DNA of 64,000 bases from Acidobacteriota bacterium (GTDB lineage: Bacteria > Acidobacteriota > Holophagae > Acanthopleuribacterales > Acanthopleuribacteraceae). A program made the position numbers and the translations under genes. The notes under the pieces are model-generated. The model ran no database searches and had not been told where the DNA came from. It worked only from the letters and a program-made list of their open reading frames with translations. This document shows positions 18,166 through 29,264 of this stretch, piece after piece. Each line of letters starts with the position of its first letter. Positions within the stretch are counted from its first letter, which is position 1. The stretch is from NCBI GenBank assembly GCA_020637335.1, contig JACJWC010000005.1, forward strand, positions 109,513 through 173,512, read 5' to 3'.

Positions 18166-18884
18166 GTTTGGGTCCTTTCAACGATCCAGCCCACCAGTAA
18201 ACCGCCAAAAATGGCCACTAATAGCCCCAAATTCATGGGTAGCCAAGCAAAAAGCAAGAGCAAAATGGCCGAACTGAACGCCGCAGCAAAGCTGGCCTTA
18301 TCGCGGATGGAAGGCACCAATAAGGCAATAAATGACAGCGGAATAGCGAAATCCAAAGACCATTCTGGCGGAACCTTTGCCCCAACTAAAATACCGACCA
18401 GACTCCCGACCTGAAACGTGAACCACAGCGCAAATCCGGTCCCGAGGTAGAAACTCCGTTTATGCGAGAGAAACTTGCCATTTTCCCATTGCGAAATGGA
18501 AATGGCAAAGGCCTGGTCAGTTAACAAATAGGCAAGCAAGGCCTTGCCTTTTTCCTGCCGGAAGTGGCCACTCATGACCGCTGAATAAATCAGCATGCGC
18601 AAATTGACAACCCACACGGTAATCAAAATCAAAAGGACCGGGGTGCCTTGGTGCAATAACTCGCATGCCGCGAGTTGCGATGCCCCGGCAAAAATCAGGA
18701 CCGAAAATGCCATGCCTTCGACCGCATTGCTGCTGACCGAAGCCGCACTTGACCCGGCAATCAAGGCAAACGGTAAAACGCCCATTAACAAGGGCGAAAC
18801 AGCGCGGATCCCGGCCCAAAAAGCGCTTATTCCAGAGTGAGTGGGTGACGGCAAGGAATGGGTTTCAACAATGGAGTCTTGCAT
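18162..18884 (-). CDS. azlC: AzlC family branched-chain amino acid permease component
   Basis: Polytopic membrane protein with AzlC-type sequence (LMGVLPFALIAGSSA..., GTGFALWFTFQVGSLVGILVG). Start is taken at the internal Met at 18884. Confidence 0.8.
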   Translation of the reverse strand: MQDSIVETHSLPSPTHSGISAFWAGIRAVSPLLMGVLPFALIAGSSAASVSSNAVEGMAFSVLIFAGASQLAACELLHQGTPVLLILITVWVVNLRMLIYSAVMSGHFRQEKGKALLAYLLTDQAFAISISQWENGKFLSHKRSFYLGTGFALWFTFQVGSLVGILVGAKVPPEWSLDFAIPLSFIALLVPSIRDKASFAAAFSSAILLLLFAWLPMNLGLLVAIFGGLLVGWIVERTQT

Positions 18885-18976
18885 CTCGGCGCCTCCTGAT
18901 TCTGCATCATAGTGGGCGCCAAAAAATAAATACAGATACAAATCTAAAATTTCTATAGAATACAGATGGAGGGGTT

Positions 18977-20398
18977 ATGGCTTTTGTGTATGAACGGGTT
19001 GTGGACCGCATTGAGGAGTTGGTTGGATCAGGAGGCTTGAAGGTCGGCGACCGGATCCCATCCTTGCGCAGAATGGCCCGCGATACGGGCGCTTCTTTAA
19101 CAACCGTTATTCATGCCTACCATTTATTGGAGGACCGTGGGGTCATTGCAGCCCACCCTAAATCTGGTTTTGTGGTCCAACCAGCGGTCGATGTGGCCAA
19201 AGACGACCTGGATTACGACAATCGGGCCGCCCAGAGTTGCTTGGTGACCAAAGCACAGGTCATCAAGAGCTTTTCAAAATCCCTTTCAGAACCGCGTCTG
19301 CAGTATTTTGGCTGTGCGGGGCCCCATTCCGATTTTCTGCCATTGCCGCAATTGGGAAAAATTTTGGCACGTCAAGCCCGCCAACAGCCGGACGTAGCTT
19401 TAAATTATGCGTTTCCACCGGGCTTAGAAGAGTTAAGGCGCAGTTTGGCCTTGCAGTACTTCCGGCTTTCCTGCCCGATCCAAGCCAAGGACATTCTGAT
19501 TACCAATGGCTGCATGGAAGCCCTAAATCTCAGTTTACGCGCGGTGACCCAACCGGGCGATCGCGTTTTGATTGAATCGCCCACCTATTTCAATGTGCTG
19601 CAAACCTTGGAGAATTTGGGTTTAGAAGCCTTGTGCCTGCCCGCGCATCCAGAAAAAGGAATTTGCCCCGAAGAAGCAGAAAGTTTGATGCGATCGGGCA
19701 AGATCAAAGCCTGCTTGCTGGTACCCAGCTTTAATAATCCGATCGGTTGTAATATGCCGCCCGAGGCGCGTCGTGCCCTGGTGGATGCGGCCAAGCGCTT
19801 CGCCATCCCCATCATCGAAGACGATATTTATGGCGACGTTTTCCTGGAAGGGGAACGTCCATTACCACTTAAGCATTACGATAGTGATGGATGGGTTATC
19901 ACCTGCGGCAGTTTTTCAAAGACCCTGGCGCCCGGCCTGCGCACGGGCTGGGCCATTTCTGAACGATGGGGCACGCGCATGCAGGAGATCCAATTCATGT
20001 CGACGTTAGCCGTCTCAACATTGGGCCAATGGGGTTTAGCCGAAATGTTGAGATCGGGCCATTATGCCCGCCACATGAGCCAGTTCCGCAAAAAGTTGTC
20101 ATATTCGCTGACTAAATTTTTGTGCGCTATTGAACAAATGTTCCCAAAAGGGACGCGCTGCAATCGTCCGGCCGGCGGCTTGGTGCTGTGGATTCGGCTG
20201 CCCGAAGGTACGGACACTTTCAAACTGTACCGTGAAGCGTTAGCAAATCACATCAGCTTCCTGCCGGGCCCCATTTTTTCGCCACTGGACGAGTTTCACT
20301 CTTATATTCGCATCACGTTTGCCCATCCGTGGACTGCAGAAGTAGAAACAAAACTGGCCAGACTGGGAGAATTGGCTTCACAGGCGGTAAGCACTTAA
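18977..20398 (+). CDS. MocR/PdxR-family transcriptional regulator (GntR HTH fused to a PLP-dependent aminotransferase-like domain)
   Basis: The N-terminal GntR HTH (IPSLRRMARDTGASLTTVIHAYHLLEDRGVI) is fused to a fold-type I aminotransferase domain (~400 aa, including the PLP-lysine region SFSKTLAPGLRTGW). The gene is divergent from azlCD, 92 bp away. Confidence 0.85.
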   Translation: MAFVYERVVDRIEELVGSGGLKVGDRIPSLRRMARDTGASLTTVIHAYHLLEDRGVIAAHPKSGFVVQPAVDVAKDDLDYDNRAAQSCLVTKAQVIKSFSKSLSEPRLQYFGCAGPHSDFLPLPQLGKILARQARQQPDVALNYAFPPGLEELRRSLALQYFRLSCPIQAKDILITNGCMEALNLSLRAVTQPGDRVLIESPTYFNVLQTLENLGLEALCLPAHPEKGICPEEAESLMRSGKIKACLLVPSFNNPIGCNMPPEARRALVDAAKRFAIPIIEDDIYGDVFLEGERPLPLKHYDSDGWVITCGSFSKTLAPGLRTGWAISERWGTRMQEIQFMSTLAVSTLGQWGLAEMLRSGHYARHMSQFRKKLSYSLTKFLCAIEQMFPKGTRCNRPAGGLVLWIRLPEGTDTFKLYREALANHISFLPGPIFSPLDEFHSYIRITFAHPWTAEVETKLARLGELASQAVST

Positions 20399-20563
20399 TG
20401 CCCATATGGCTGTGAATCCGATTTAATTTTGGACGCTCTTGCCCATCCGCGTTTTTAGGCTCAAATACCGTTCCCGGGCTTCGCGTCTGCGCGTGTGCTT
20501 TTTTCTCAGGCTAAGCGCTAAGCCCTCTCGTGGACCTTGTTCCAGCCTTGCGGCCTTAACGTA

Positions 20564-21715
20564 TCAGGGCCCGCGCCAAATTTCGATGCGGTTTTTACCT
20601 TTGGCCTTGGCTCGGTACATGGCCATATCGGCATGATGCAGCAATTCTTCAATACTCAGCGCCTGAGTTGGAAAAAGCGAAACACCGACACTGATGGTCA
20701 CATTGATGCGGAAATCATCGCCCAATAGCTCAGTCACTTCCAGCTTGAAGCGCAAATCCTCAGCCAATTCCTCTGCCCGGTCCATGCTGGTATTGGGCAG
20801 CGCAATAACAAATTCATCTCCGCCATAGCGGCACGCACATCCTGGACCTTCAAAATCGCGCAGTATGCCAGCGACCTCGGTTAAAACGCGGCTACCTACC
20901 AAATGGCCGTGTGAATCGTTGATCTTTTTAAAGAAATCAACGTCGAGGAAAAACAGGGCGAGCGGATTGTCCGAATCGGCTTCCTTGGCTTTGGCATCCA
21001 AATATTGGCGCAAGTAGCGCGAGTTATGCAGTTGTGTCAGGTCATCACGGCTGGAAAGATCCTGGATTCGTTCAAATAAAATAGCGTTTTCGATGGCGGT
21101 GGTGGCGTTGTGGCCAAACAAACCAAACAAGTTGAAGTGGTACTGGAAAAAATTGAGATGGGAAGTGGCCACGTAACTAAATAGCATTCCGAGCGGTTGT
21201 TTCCCGGAGTGGAGCGGGATCATGACCAAACTGCCCTCCTCCTGGGAATTGGGCGCAAAGAATGGAATCACAAAGGGTTCCAATTCAGTGCCTTCCACCA
21301 CTTTCTTGCCCAGGATGTGCTGCTCGATCTCCTGACAAAGCCACGTATCCTGAGAGGCTTGGCGACGCACCCAACTGGGTGGGTCAGACCATAGGTAAAT
21401 GGCGACATAATCGCTTTTCATGATTTCCGAAGCCACCCCAACAATGACCATCAGGACATTATCGATATCGCGAACCGGTCCGACTTGGCGCACCAGTTCC
21501 TGAAAGGTGATTAATTCCCGCAAATATTCCTGGAGTTGTTCCTCGGTGCTGAGCGAGCGGTTCAGATCGCGCACAAGGCTCTTGATCCGCTTGCGCAAAC
21601 GATAAATGTTTTTGCTCAGAAGATCGGCTTGTGGGTCTTGAAAGCGTATTCGATGCTCAAAACCTCCTTTTTCCAAGTCTTTGAGCAATGCCTGATAATA
21701 AGGCGGTTTTTCCAC
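20564..21715 (-). CDS. GAF-GGDEF diguanylate cyclase
   Basis: C-terminal RYGGDEFVIAL GGDEF active site with RxxD-type I-site context; N-terminal GAF-like region. Confidence 0.85.
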   Translation of the reverse strand: MEKPPYYQALLKDLEKGGFEHRIRFQDPQADLLSKNIYRLRKRIKSLVRDLNRSLSTEEQLQEYLRELITFQELVRQVGPVRDIDNVLMVIVGVASEIMKSDYVAIYLWSDPPSWVRRQASQDTWLCQEIEQHILGKKVVEGTELEPFVIPFFAPNSQEEGSLVMIPLHSGKQPLGMLFSYVATSHLNFFQYHFNLFGLFGHNATTAIENAILFERIQDLSSRDDLTQLHNSRYLRQYLDAKAKEADSDNPLALFFLDVDFFKKINDSHGHLVGSRVLTEVAGILRDFEGPGCACRYGGDEFVIALPNTSMDRAEELAEDLRFKLEVTELLGDDFRINVTISVGVSLFPTQALSIEELLHHADMAMYRAKAKGKNRIEIWRGP

Positions 21716-21724
21716 GCCAGCTCC

Positions 21725-24700
21725 TCAATATCGCAACAGGGTCTTAAAGGCCGGATAGTCCTTTGTAAAGGTAATCAGCGCACGACCTGGATCAATCATC
21801 AATTCGGGTCTAATGACGGTTTGGAACTGATTTTGGACGTTGATTTCCAAGAAAACCTGGCAATCGCCGCGATTGATCAGGAAATGCTGATACAACAAGT
21901 TTAACTGGTTTTCCGTCACCTCATGCGAATTAAATTGAATGACGCAGCTGCGGATGCGGGGAATTTCAAAATCGGTCAGCGGCCAGATTTCCTGAACGAT
22001 GATGTTGGGTTTATCGTTGCGACTCTCGACCTTGCCCTTGACCACAATCGCGGCTTCATCCTGAATCAATGGCCGAACTTTTTGGTAGGTGCGTGGGAAT
22101 AGGACCAAATCGGTTAACCCTTGTAGATCCTCCAAGGTGACAAAAGCCATCGTATCGCCCTTGGTGGTCTGGATCTGGCGCATCGATTGGACCTGGCCCC
22201 CCATAATGACTTCAGAACCCACTGAAATATCCGGCAATCCTGCACTGTCACAGGTCGTGTGGCGCCGGAAAAGCTCTTTGTATTGGTCCAAGGGATGGCC
22301 CGAAAGGTAAAAACCGACCGCTTCTTTTTCAAAGGCCAGTAGTTCCTTGCGGTCCCACTCCTCCGAGCGGAATTGAATATAAAGGGCTTCTTCTGTATCG
22401 CCGAACAGGGATCCTTGACCCCCAGCCTGTTCTTTTTGACGTTGGTTACCCCAACCAATCAGATCTTCAATGGCATCAAAAAGGGCTTTTCGCGGGCGAT
22501 TACAGAAATCAAAACAGCCTGCCTTGACCAATTGTTCGACCACCTTCTTATTGACCCTTTTGAGGTCGACCGACTTAAAAAAGCATTCAAAAGAGATGAT
22601 GTCTTGTTCGCCTTTGGTTTCCATGATGGCTTCGATGGCGGCATCGCCCACCCCTTTAACAGCGCCCAAAGCAAAACGGATACTATCGCCGTCTTCCACC
22701 CCAAACCGCTCTTTACTCCAGCGGATATCAGGCGGTAACACTTTGATGCCCATCTGTTTACATTTGTCGATGTAATGGACCACTTTGTCAGTATTGTCCT
22801 TATCCAACGTCAACAAAGCGGCCATAAATTCGACAGGATAATTGGCTTTCAGGTAAGCGGTTTGGTAGGCAACCAGGGCATACGCTGCAGAATGGGATTT
22901 GTTAAACCCGTATTTCGCGAATTCGGCCATTTTGTCAAACAGGTCGGAGCAGGGTCCTTCGGGAAAACCGCGTTCCAGAGCCCCGGCCAGGAATTGGGCC
23001 TTTTTCTGGATCATGACCTCTTCTTTTTTCTTACCCATGGCACGACGAAGGTTGTCCGCTTCGCCCAGTGAAAATCCGCCCACGACCTGGGCGATCTTCA
23101 TGACCTGCTCCTGGTAGAGCACAACGCCGTAAGTTTCTGAAAGAATCTCCTCTAAAACCGGCAGTTCGTATTCAATTTCCTTCCCGTGTGCACCCTCGAT
23201 AAAGTGGTCGACCATACCCGATCCAAGGGGTCCAGGTCGGTACAAAGCATTGAGTGCGATGAAGTCTTCAAACCGTTTGGGACCCAAACGGATAAGCAGG
23301 TTTTTCATGCCCTCAGATTCAAACTGGAAGACGCCATCCGTCTCGCCTTTGCAAAACAGTTCATAGGTTTTGGGGTCGTTAAAATCGGTGATGCTGTCCA
23401 AATCGACCTTGATGCCTTTGGTCTCCTCGATGAGCGCCAATGTCGTGGAAATAACGGTTAAAGTTTTGAGGCCGAGAAAGTCCATTTTGAGCAGACCGAC
23501 CTGCTCGGCTTCGTCCTTGGCATACTGAACACAGATGGTGCCCTTGCGACTGTCCTTGTAGACCGGAGCAAAATCAGTGACCGGCCCAGGTGCAATGATG
23601 ACACCTGCAGCGTGAACGCCGGCGTTGCGGCTCAAGCCTTCCAATTGGACCGAGAGGTCAATCAGTTCTCGCGCCCGTTTGTCCGCATTGTAGAGCCCAC
23701 GAAAGTCATCGGATGTTTCCAGTGCCAAAGGCAAGGTCATCTTTAAGTCTTCTGGCACCAATTGGGCAATTTTATTGGTTTCGGTCGGCGTGAAATTGAG
23801 CGTTCTGCCTACATCTTTTATGGCCATTCGCGACTTCATGGAGCCGTAGGTAATGATCTGACAGACGTTTTCGCGACCGTATTTTTGGGTTACATAATCG
23901 ATTACTTCGCCGCGGCGGTCCTGACAGAAGTCGATATCCACGTCGGGCATGGTGACCCGTTCTTTGTTGAGGAAACGTTCAAACAGCAAATCGTATTGAA
24001 GCGGATCGATATCGGTAATATTGAGAGAATAGGCGACGAGGGAACCGGCAGCAGACCCGCGGCCCGGACCCACTGGAATTCCGTTTTCGAGCCCGTAGCG
24101 AATAAAGTCCCAAACTACCAGGAAGTAGCCGGCAAATCCCATTTCGCGAATGACGGAAATTTCTTCATCCAGACGGTTGTAATACTCGCTGTAGTCCTTG
24201 CGCAATTGACCGCGATCACGCAGTTTATTCAGTTGGATTTTGCGTTTTTCGAAGCCTTCGCGAGTGACTTGTTCAAAATAACTATCCAGACTATGGCCAT
24301 GTGGAACATCGAAAATGGGGAGCTTGTATTCCTGAGTCAGCTCTAGATTGACCATATCAGCGATTTTGAGCGTGTTTTCCAATGCTTCTTCGTAACCGCG
24401 AAACATTTCAAACATTTCATCGCCGGTCTTGAAATAGAACTGACCCCCGGGCGGAAAGCGCCAACGCATGGGATCATCGCGCTGAGCATTGGATTGGATG
24501 CACAACAACACATCGTGAGCCACCCAATCTTCGTAGTTGGTGTAGTGTGAATCGTTGGTGGCAATCACACCGACTTGGAGTCTCTTGGCGATATCCATGA
24601 TTGGCGGAATCACATCCAATTCCAATTTCTGGTTGTGATTCTGAATTTCTAGAAAAAAGTTCTCTGGCCCAAAGGTGTCGCGTAAAAAGCGAGCGGATTC

Positions 24701-25207
24701 CAAGGCCTCTTCCAAATCGGAAGCCATAATGTTTTGAGCCACTTCCCCGCCCAAACAGGCCGTTGAGCAGACCAAGCCTTCACTGTACTTCATGAGCAGT
24801 TCGCGATCGACGCGGGGTTTGTAATAAAACCCCTCGGTGAACCCCGCCGAAACCATTTTGATCAGGTTGCGGTAGCCGGTCTCGTTTTTACATAGCAGAA
24901 CCAAATGGAAACTGGATTTTTTGGTCGCTTTCTGACTGGCGTGGGTTTTGGATTTTTCATGGCGTGACCCGTTTGCGACATAAACCTCGCAGCCCAGAAT
25001 GGGCTTGACGCCGATCTTTTTGCAACTGTTGTACTGGCGAACCGCACCGAACATGTTGCCATGATCGGTAATCGCAATGGCCGGCATATTGTTGTCTTTG
25101 GCCTTTTGGACCAAATCGGGAATGCGGCTGAAGCCATCCAGAAGCGAATATTCGGAGTGGGTATGCAGGTGGACAAAGGGACGCAAAGCAACCTCCAATT
25201 CAAACAA
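21725..25207 (-). CDS. dnaE: DNA polymerase III alpha subunit
   Basis: The 1160-aa ORF has an N-terminal PHP domain (HLHTHSEYSLLDG), a polymerase core (palm/fingers motifs) and a C-terminal OB fold. The similarity to DnaE is unmistakable. Confidence 0.95.
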   Translation of the reverse strand: MFELEVALRPFVHLHTHSEYSLLDGFSRIPDLVQKAKDNNMPAIAITDHGNMFGAVRQYNSCKKIGVKPILGCEVYVANGSRHEKSKTHASQKATKKSSFHLVLLCKNETGYRNLIKMVSAGFTEGFYYKPRVDRELLMKYSEGLVCSTACLGGEVAQNIMASDLEEALESARFLRDTFGPENFFLEIQNHNQKLELDVIPPIMDIAKRLQVGVIATNDSHYTNYEDWVAHDVLLCIQSNAQRDDPMRWRFPPGGQFYFKTGDEMFEMFRGYEEALENTLKIADMVNLELTQEYKLPIFDVPHGHSLDSYFEQVTREGFEKRKIQLNKLRDRGQLRKDYSEYYNRLDEEISVIREMGFAGYFLVVWDFIRYGLENGIPVGPGRGSAAGSLVAYSLNITDIDPLQYDLLFERFLNKERVTMPDVDIDFCQDRRGEVIDYVTQKYGRENVCQIITYGSMKSRMAIKDVGRTLNFTPTETNKIAQLVPEDLKMTLPLALETSDDFRGLYNADKRARELIDLSVQLEGLSRNAGVHAAGVIIAPGPVTDFAPVYKDSRKGTICVQYAKDEAEQVGLLKMDFLGLKTLTVISTTLALIEETKGIKVDLDSITDFNDPKTYELFCKGETDGVFQFESEGMKNLLIRLGPKRFEDFIALNALYRPGPLGSGMVDHFIEGAHGKEIEYELPVLEEILSETYGVVLYQEQVMKIAQVVGGFSLGEADNLRRAMGKKKEEVMIQKKAQFLAGALERGFPEGPCSDLFDKMAEFAKYGFNKSHSAAYALVAYQTAYLKANYPVEFMAALLTLDKDNTDKVVHYIDKCKQMGIKVLPPDIRWSKERFGVEDGDSIRFALGAVKGVGDAAIEAIMETKGEQDIISFECFFKSVDLKRVNKKVVEQLVKAGCFDFCNRPRKALFDAIEDLIGWGNQRQKEQAGGQGSLFGDTEEALYIQFRSEEWDRKELLAFEKEAVGFYLSGHPLDQYKELFRRHTTCDSAGLPDISVGSEVIMGGQVQSMRQIQTTKGDTMAFVTLEDLQGLTDLVLFPRTYQKVRPLIQDEAAIVVKGKVESRNDKPNIIVQEIWPLTDFEIPRIRSCVIQFNSHEVTENQLNLLYQHFLINRGDCQVFLEINVQNQFQTVIRPELMIDPGRALITFTKDYPAFKTLLRY

Positions 25208-25294
25208 ACCACAGAGGTTGGAATTAAAGAATAATTTGCATTCTAATACAAGATATGGAGCGTATCAATCGCCTTGCGTCTACATCTTGTTTTT

Positions 25295-26083
25295 TTATGG
25301 GGAACGAAAGGCAACTTCAAAATCGGCAAAGGGGTCTTCACCTTGGGTCAATTCCGCCAAATCCGAGGCCGCTTTAATCTCTAAAGGCAAGGATAATGGA
25401 CCCAATTGATGTTGGGTTGAAAACCAGACCCCCTGTTGTTGTTGCCAGCCAGACCAGGTGGTCGGCACCCCGCCCAATGGGATGATTTGTACCCACATGC
25501 GCCAAAAAACAGGCAATCCGTCTGGCCCTAATGAAATGAGATAGGAGTCCCCAGGCGTAACTCCACCCGATTCAAAAGTAACTAAAATCGCAGGTCTGCC
25601 CTGCTCGTCCGTCGTCAGGCCATGAACCACTTCCGGCCCACTTAATGAACAAAAGGGATTTAACCAAAAGGAATCATTGATGAACCAGGCCCAGGCGTTT
25701 TTCAGGTCGACCTGGGCATCCAGTTCATCGACTTGACGCGAGCCTTCAAATACCCAGCCCTTGCGACTATCCAAATCCAAAAACACAGTTTTCTTCTCAA
25801 TGTAAGTGCGCAAGAAATGGCGTTTACGGTCCCAAAGATGCTGGCGTTGGCCTTTAAAAAGCCATGCAACTGCACCGACTTGTTGCCAGGCCTGACAGCC
25901 AATAACGTCTTCCAATTCCTGGATGGCTTGCCTAGCGGCGGGTCCGTGATTGGCCTGGGGCATTGGCCGGTCCAACATGCGGTAAAGCAGGGGGGCAATG
26001 ACGGCGATGCCCAATAGCATTGCTAAGAGGATCTTGTGCCAGCGTTTCAATTGCGCATCTCCAAATATTTTCAGGCGGTTCAA
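25295..26083 (-). CDS. Hypothetical membrane-anchored protein
   Basis: Single N-terminal TM (ILLAMLLGIAVIAPLL) followed by a Trp-rich soluble domain; no recognisable motifs. Confidence 0.4.
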   Translation of the reverse strand: MNRLKIFGDAQLKRWHKILLAMLLGIAVIAPLLYRMLDRPMPQANHGPAARQAIQELEDVIGCQAWQQVGAVAWLFKGQRQHLWDRKRHFLRTYIEKKTVFLDLDSRKGWVFEGSRQVDELDAQVDLKNAWAWFINDSFWLNPFCSLSGPEVVHGLTTDEQGRPAILVTFESGGVTPGDSYLISLGPDGLPVFWRMWVQIIPLGGVPTTWSGWQQQQGVWFSTQHQLGPLSLPLEIKAASDLAELTQGEDPFADFEVAFRSP

Positions 26084-26146
26084 ATTAAGTCAACGGTGCA
26101 ATTAACCGATATAGACAATCAGAATGCTACCTTATTGAGGCCAACG

Positions 26147-27298
26147 ATGCGTGCAAAATCCGCACATACGCTCGAAACCGATCCCTATCGCGCGGGCTTG
26201 GCGCTTGCAGACCAACTCAAACCGCTTGAGCCAGATGTTGTGATCCTATTTTCTTCAATCGATTACGGCGGTAGTGAGGAACTGCTTCAGGCCTTTTACG
26301 ATGTATTGGATGCTCCGGAACTGACCTTAATTGGATCTACAGGTGAAGGCTTTTTGGAGACAGGAAAAACAGCAGATATGGGGGCCTGCGCTTTAGGCTT
26401 GCATTTCGATCAAGAGATCCGTCATGCCATGGCTTGGCGCAGTGGTGTGTCCCAACACTCCTTTTCGGCCACTCAAGAAATGCTCGACGATTTAACCACG
26501 CAACTGGGTGAAAAGCCGGATTTGGCGATTTTATTAAGCGATTTCCATGCAGATGGTACCGAAATCGAACGAGCGATCCGCCAGTACGGCGTCCCCATCG
26601 TCGGGGGTTTTGCGGCTGACGACAACTTTGATATGAATACCTGTTACATTTACGCCAACCAAAAAGCCCAATCCGACGCAATAGTTGTCCTCGGACTCAA
26701 AGGTCCGCTCCAATTTGACATTCACCTCGCCCACAATCTGGAGCCTGTTGGCAAACCGGGTGAAGTCACCCAGGCCGACAAAACTTGGCTTGGCCAAGTG
26801 GATGGACAAGACGCCATGACGTTTGTCGAAACAGCGCTTGGACGACCGGTCAGTAAAGTGGATCAAGGCATCCTCACGCTTAATGTGCTTTCTGCAGATA
26901 ATCCAGAGAAAAAATATTTGAGATCAATTGTTCCTGATTTGCCAAGTGATTTAGAAGGATTTCACCTTTTTGGCGGCGTTCAGAAGGGCAGCCAAATCCA
27001 AGTTTGCATGGCCCATCCAGAGGAAGTTATTTCTGAGGTGTATCGCGTAGCAGAGACCTTGGAGCGTGGCAAATTTAAGCCCAAAGCGGGACTTATCTTT
27101 AGTTGTGCGGGCCGAAAACATTTACTGGGCAACGAAATCGAACACGAGGTTCGGGCAGTGCGCGATCGCCTCGGCCAGGATTTCTCGGTGGTCGGGTTTC
27201 CAACGTTTGGCGAAATCGGTCCCATTCGCACTCAAATGGGCTGGACTGAGTCATTCTTTCACAATATGACCTACGTTTTATTGCTGCTAGGTAATTAG
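26147..27298 (+). CDS. FIST-domain signalling protein
   Basis: FIST N/C domain-like sequence, immediately upstream of and 5 nt from a hybrid histidine kinase. Start is set at the internal Met (MRAKSAHTLE). Confidence 0.65.
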   Translation: MRAKSAHTLETDPYRAGLALADQLKPLEPDVVILFSSIDYGGSEELLQAFYDVLDAPELTLIGSTGEGFLETGKTADMGACALGLHFDQEIRHAMAWRSGVSQHSFSATQEMLDDLTTQLGEKPDLAILLSDFHADGTEIERAIRQYGVPIVGGFAADDNFDMNTCYIYANQKAQSDAIVVLGLKGPLQFDIHLAHNLEPVGKPGEVTQADKTWLGQVDGQDAMTFVETALGRPVSKVDQGILTLNVLSADNPEKKYLRSIVPDLPSDLEGFHLFGGVQKGSQIQVCMAHPEEVISEVYRVAETLERGKFKPKAGLIFSCAGRKHLLGNEIEHEVRAVRDRLGQDFSVVGFPTFGEIGPIRTQMGWTESFFHNMTYVLLLLGN

Positions 27299-27302
27299 AT
27301 CC

Positions 27303-29264
27303 ATGGTCGTTCGATTTATCAGCTCCTATACGAATCCACCGCCCGGTTTCTCCTTTTGCCAGCCGAAAAAACAGGATTTATTGCGCGGAACAGTCGTCCT
27401 GTTGACAACCGATGACATAAAAAATAGTGGGTTAATTGAATCGCTAAAACAGCGGATGATCGGAATCATCATCAGCCTGGGCAATACCCCTGATTCTGTA
27501 CAATGGGGTCCCAACCTCTGGTCCCTGACGGTCGAACCACATATGGTCGATCACCTTCACAAAGTGCTTCAAGGCTTTGCCGAGTCGCTTGAAAGCGCGG
27601 CCATTCAGCACAGTGACCGATATGGTCTGGAAAAAGAGGTAACCCGCCTCAAGGTGTTACTGGCCACCACCCGAAAACACTACAACAAAGTGACAGAAAA
27701 TCTGTCCAATCACGTTTCCCAAATTTCGGAACTCAACAGCAGCCTACAAGACCAATTGGCCCGGGTTCAGGCGGCAGAAAAAGCGCTAGCACGAAGCGAA
27801 GAAAATTTGTCCATCACCTTAAATTCCATTGGAGACGGTTTGATTACGGTGGATCATGATGGGCGCATCCAATTGATGAACCCCGTAGCCGCTCAGTGGA
27901 GTGGGGCGCCAGCAAAAGAGGCGATCGGCAAAAAGTTGTCTGAGGTATTCCAATTTTTTGATGGAAAAACATGGACTAATGATAGAAATACAGAGTCCTT
28001 GCCCAAATCATTTTTATTGGCCGGAAAGGATGGAAAAACGCGGAAAGTTGCCGTGACCGCGTCACCGCTTTCCCACCAATCGGCCAATCCGGATGGCCAA
28101 GTCTTAATCTTGCGCGATATGACCGAGCTTTTAGCCCTTGAAGAGCAATTACGTCAAAAGCAGCGCATGGATGCTATCGGCCAATTGGCAGGTGGGGTCG
28201 CCCACGACTTCAACAATATTCTAAATGGGATTTTGGGGTTCGCCGAACTGCTTCAAATCCAATTGCACGGCCGAGACCCCGAAAGCCATTATGTTCAGTC
28301 GATCCTCACTGCAGTAGAGCGCGCGGCTGGGTTGACCCATCAGCTACTTGCCTTTGCGCGCAAGAAAGTAAGTGAGAAAGTATCGATCAATTTACACACG
28401 CTGATTCAGGATACGGTCGAACTCGCAGTCCACACATTTGATCGACGGATTCACTTGCATTCCCACCTGGATGCCCAATTTGCCAATACGCGGGCTGAAC
28501 CCAGTCTGATCCACACCGTCTTTTTAAACCTCCTCATCAACGCGCGAGATGCCATGCCCGAAGGAGGTCACATTCGGGTCCGCACCCAAAATGTGCATTT
28601 TGATTCAACGACTTTTCAAAACTTGCAGGCCGGACAGTATATTCACGTGCAAATTGAAGATACGGGCCAGGGTATTGAACCCGAGCATATCGATAAAATC
28701 TTTGAACCGTTTTTTACCACCAAACCGCCGGATAAAGGCACGGGCTTGGGTCTTTCAGCCGTTTACGGCATCATGCACGATCACCAAGGCCTAATTCGGG
28801 TGGAAAGCATGTTGGGTACGGGCACCGTCTTCCACTTGTATTTCCCCATGAGTTTGGACGAGGAACCTATGGATGCCAAATCCAAACGCAGCAATATCGC
28901 CCAACATAGGATTCTTGTCGTGGATGATGAGGCCCCAATCCGCGAGTATCTGCGCATTGGTTTAGGTCGTTTTGGCTACCAAGTCATTCTGGCCCACAAT
29001 GGCCTACACGCCCTGGAACAGCTGGAACAGGATGCGCATTTCGATTGGGTCGTCATGGATTTGAATATGCCTGAAATGAGCGGGCATGAAACCATTCGCG
29101 TAATCAAACAGCGCTACCCACAATTGCGGGTCATCATCGCTTCCGGCTACCTGCAAGATTGGGAGTTGCGGGAACTCCAGCATCTCGGCGCCAATTCCGT
29201 TCTGCAAAAGCCGTTTCGCATCGAAACTTTGATGCAACACTTCCAACACCACGCCAATGACTAG
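27303..29264 (+). CDS. Hybrid sensor histidine kinase/response regulator (PAS-HisKA-HATPase-REC)
   Basis: A coiled coil is followed by a PAS domain ([24 protein letters not shown]), the HisKA H-box ([12 protein letters not shown]), N/G boxes ([10 protein letters not shown]; DTGQGI; GTGLGLS) and a C-terminal REC domain ([11 protein letters not shown]...DLNMPEMSG). Confidence 0.85.
   Translation: MVVRFISSYTNPPPGFSFCQPKKQDLLRGTVVLLTTDDIKNSGLIESLKQRMIGIIISLGNTPDSVQWGPNLWSLTVEPHMVDHLHKVLQGFAESLESAAIQHSDRYGLEKEVTRLKVLLATTRKHYNKVTENLSNHVSQISELNSSLQDQLARVQAAEKALARSEENLSITLNSIGDGLITVDHDGRIQLMNPVAAQWSGAPAKEAIGKKLSEVFQFFDGKTWTNDRNTESLPKSFLLAGKDGKTRKVAVTASPLSHQSANPDGQVLILRDMTELLALEEQLRQKQRMDAIGQLAGGVAHDFNNILNGILGFAELLQIQLHGRDPESHYVQSILTAVERAAGLTHQLLAFARKKVSEKVSINLHTLIQDTVELAVHTFDRRIHLHSHLDAQFANTRAEPSLIHTVFLNLLINARDAMPEGGHIRVRTQNVHFDSTTFQNLQAGQYIHVQIEDTGQGIEPEHIDKIFEPFFTTKPPDKGTGLGLSAVYGIMHDHQGLIRVESMLGTGTVFHLYFPMSLDEEPMDAKSKRSNIAQHRILVVDDEAPIREYLRIGLGRFGYQVILAHNGLHALEQLEQDAHFDWVVMDLNMPEMSGHETIRVIKQRYPQLRVIIASGYLQDWELRELQHLGANSVLQKPFRIETLMQHFQHHAND

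Noticed and set aside
22089-24564. Multiple 70-190 aa ORFs on both strands inside dnaE
   Set aside because: They are alternative-frame artefacts of a long, highly conserved polymerase gene.
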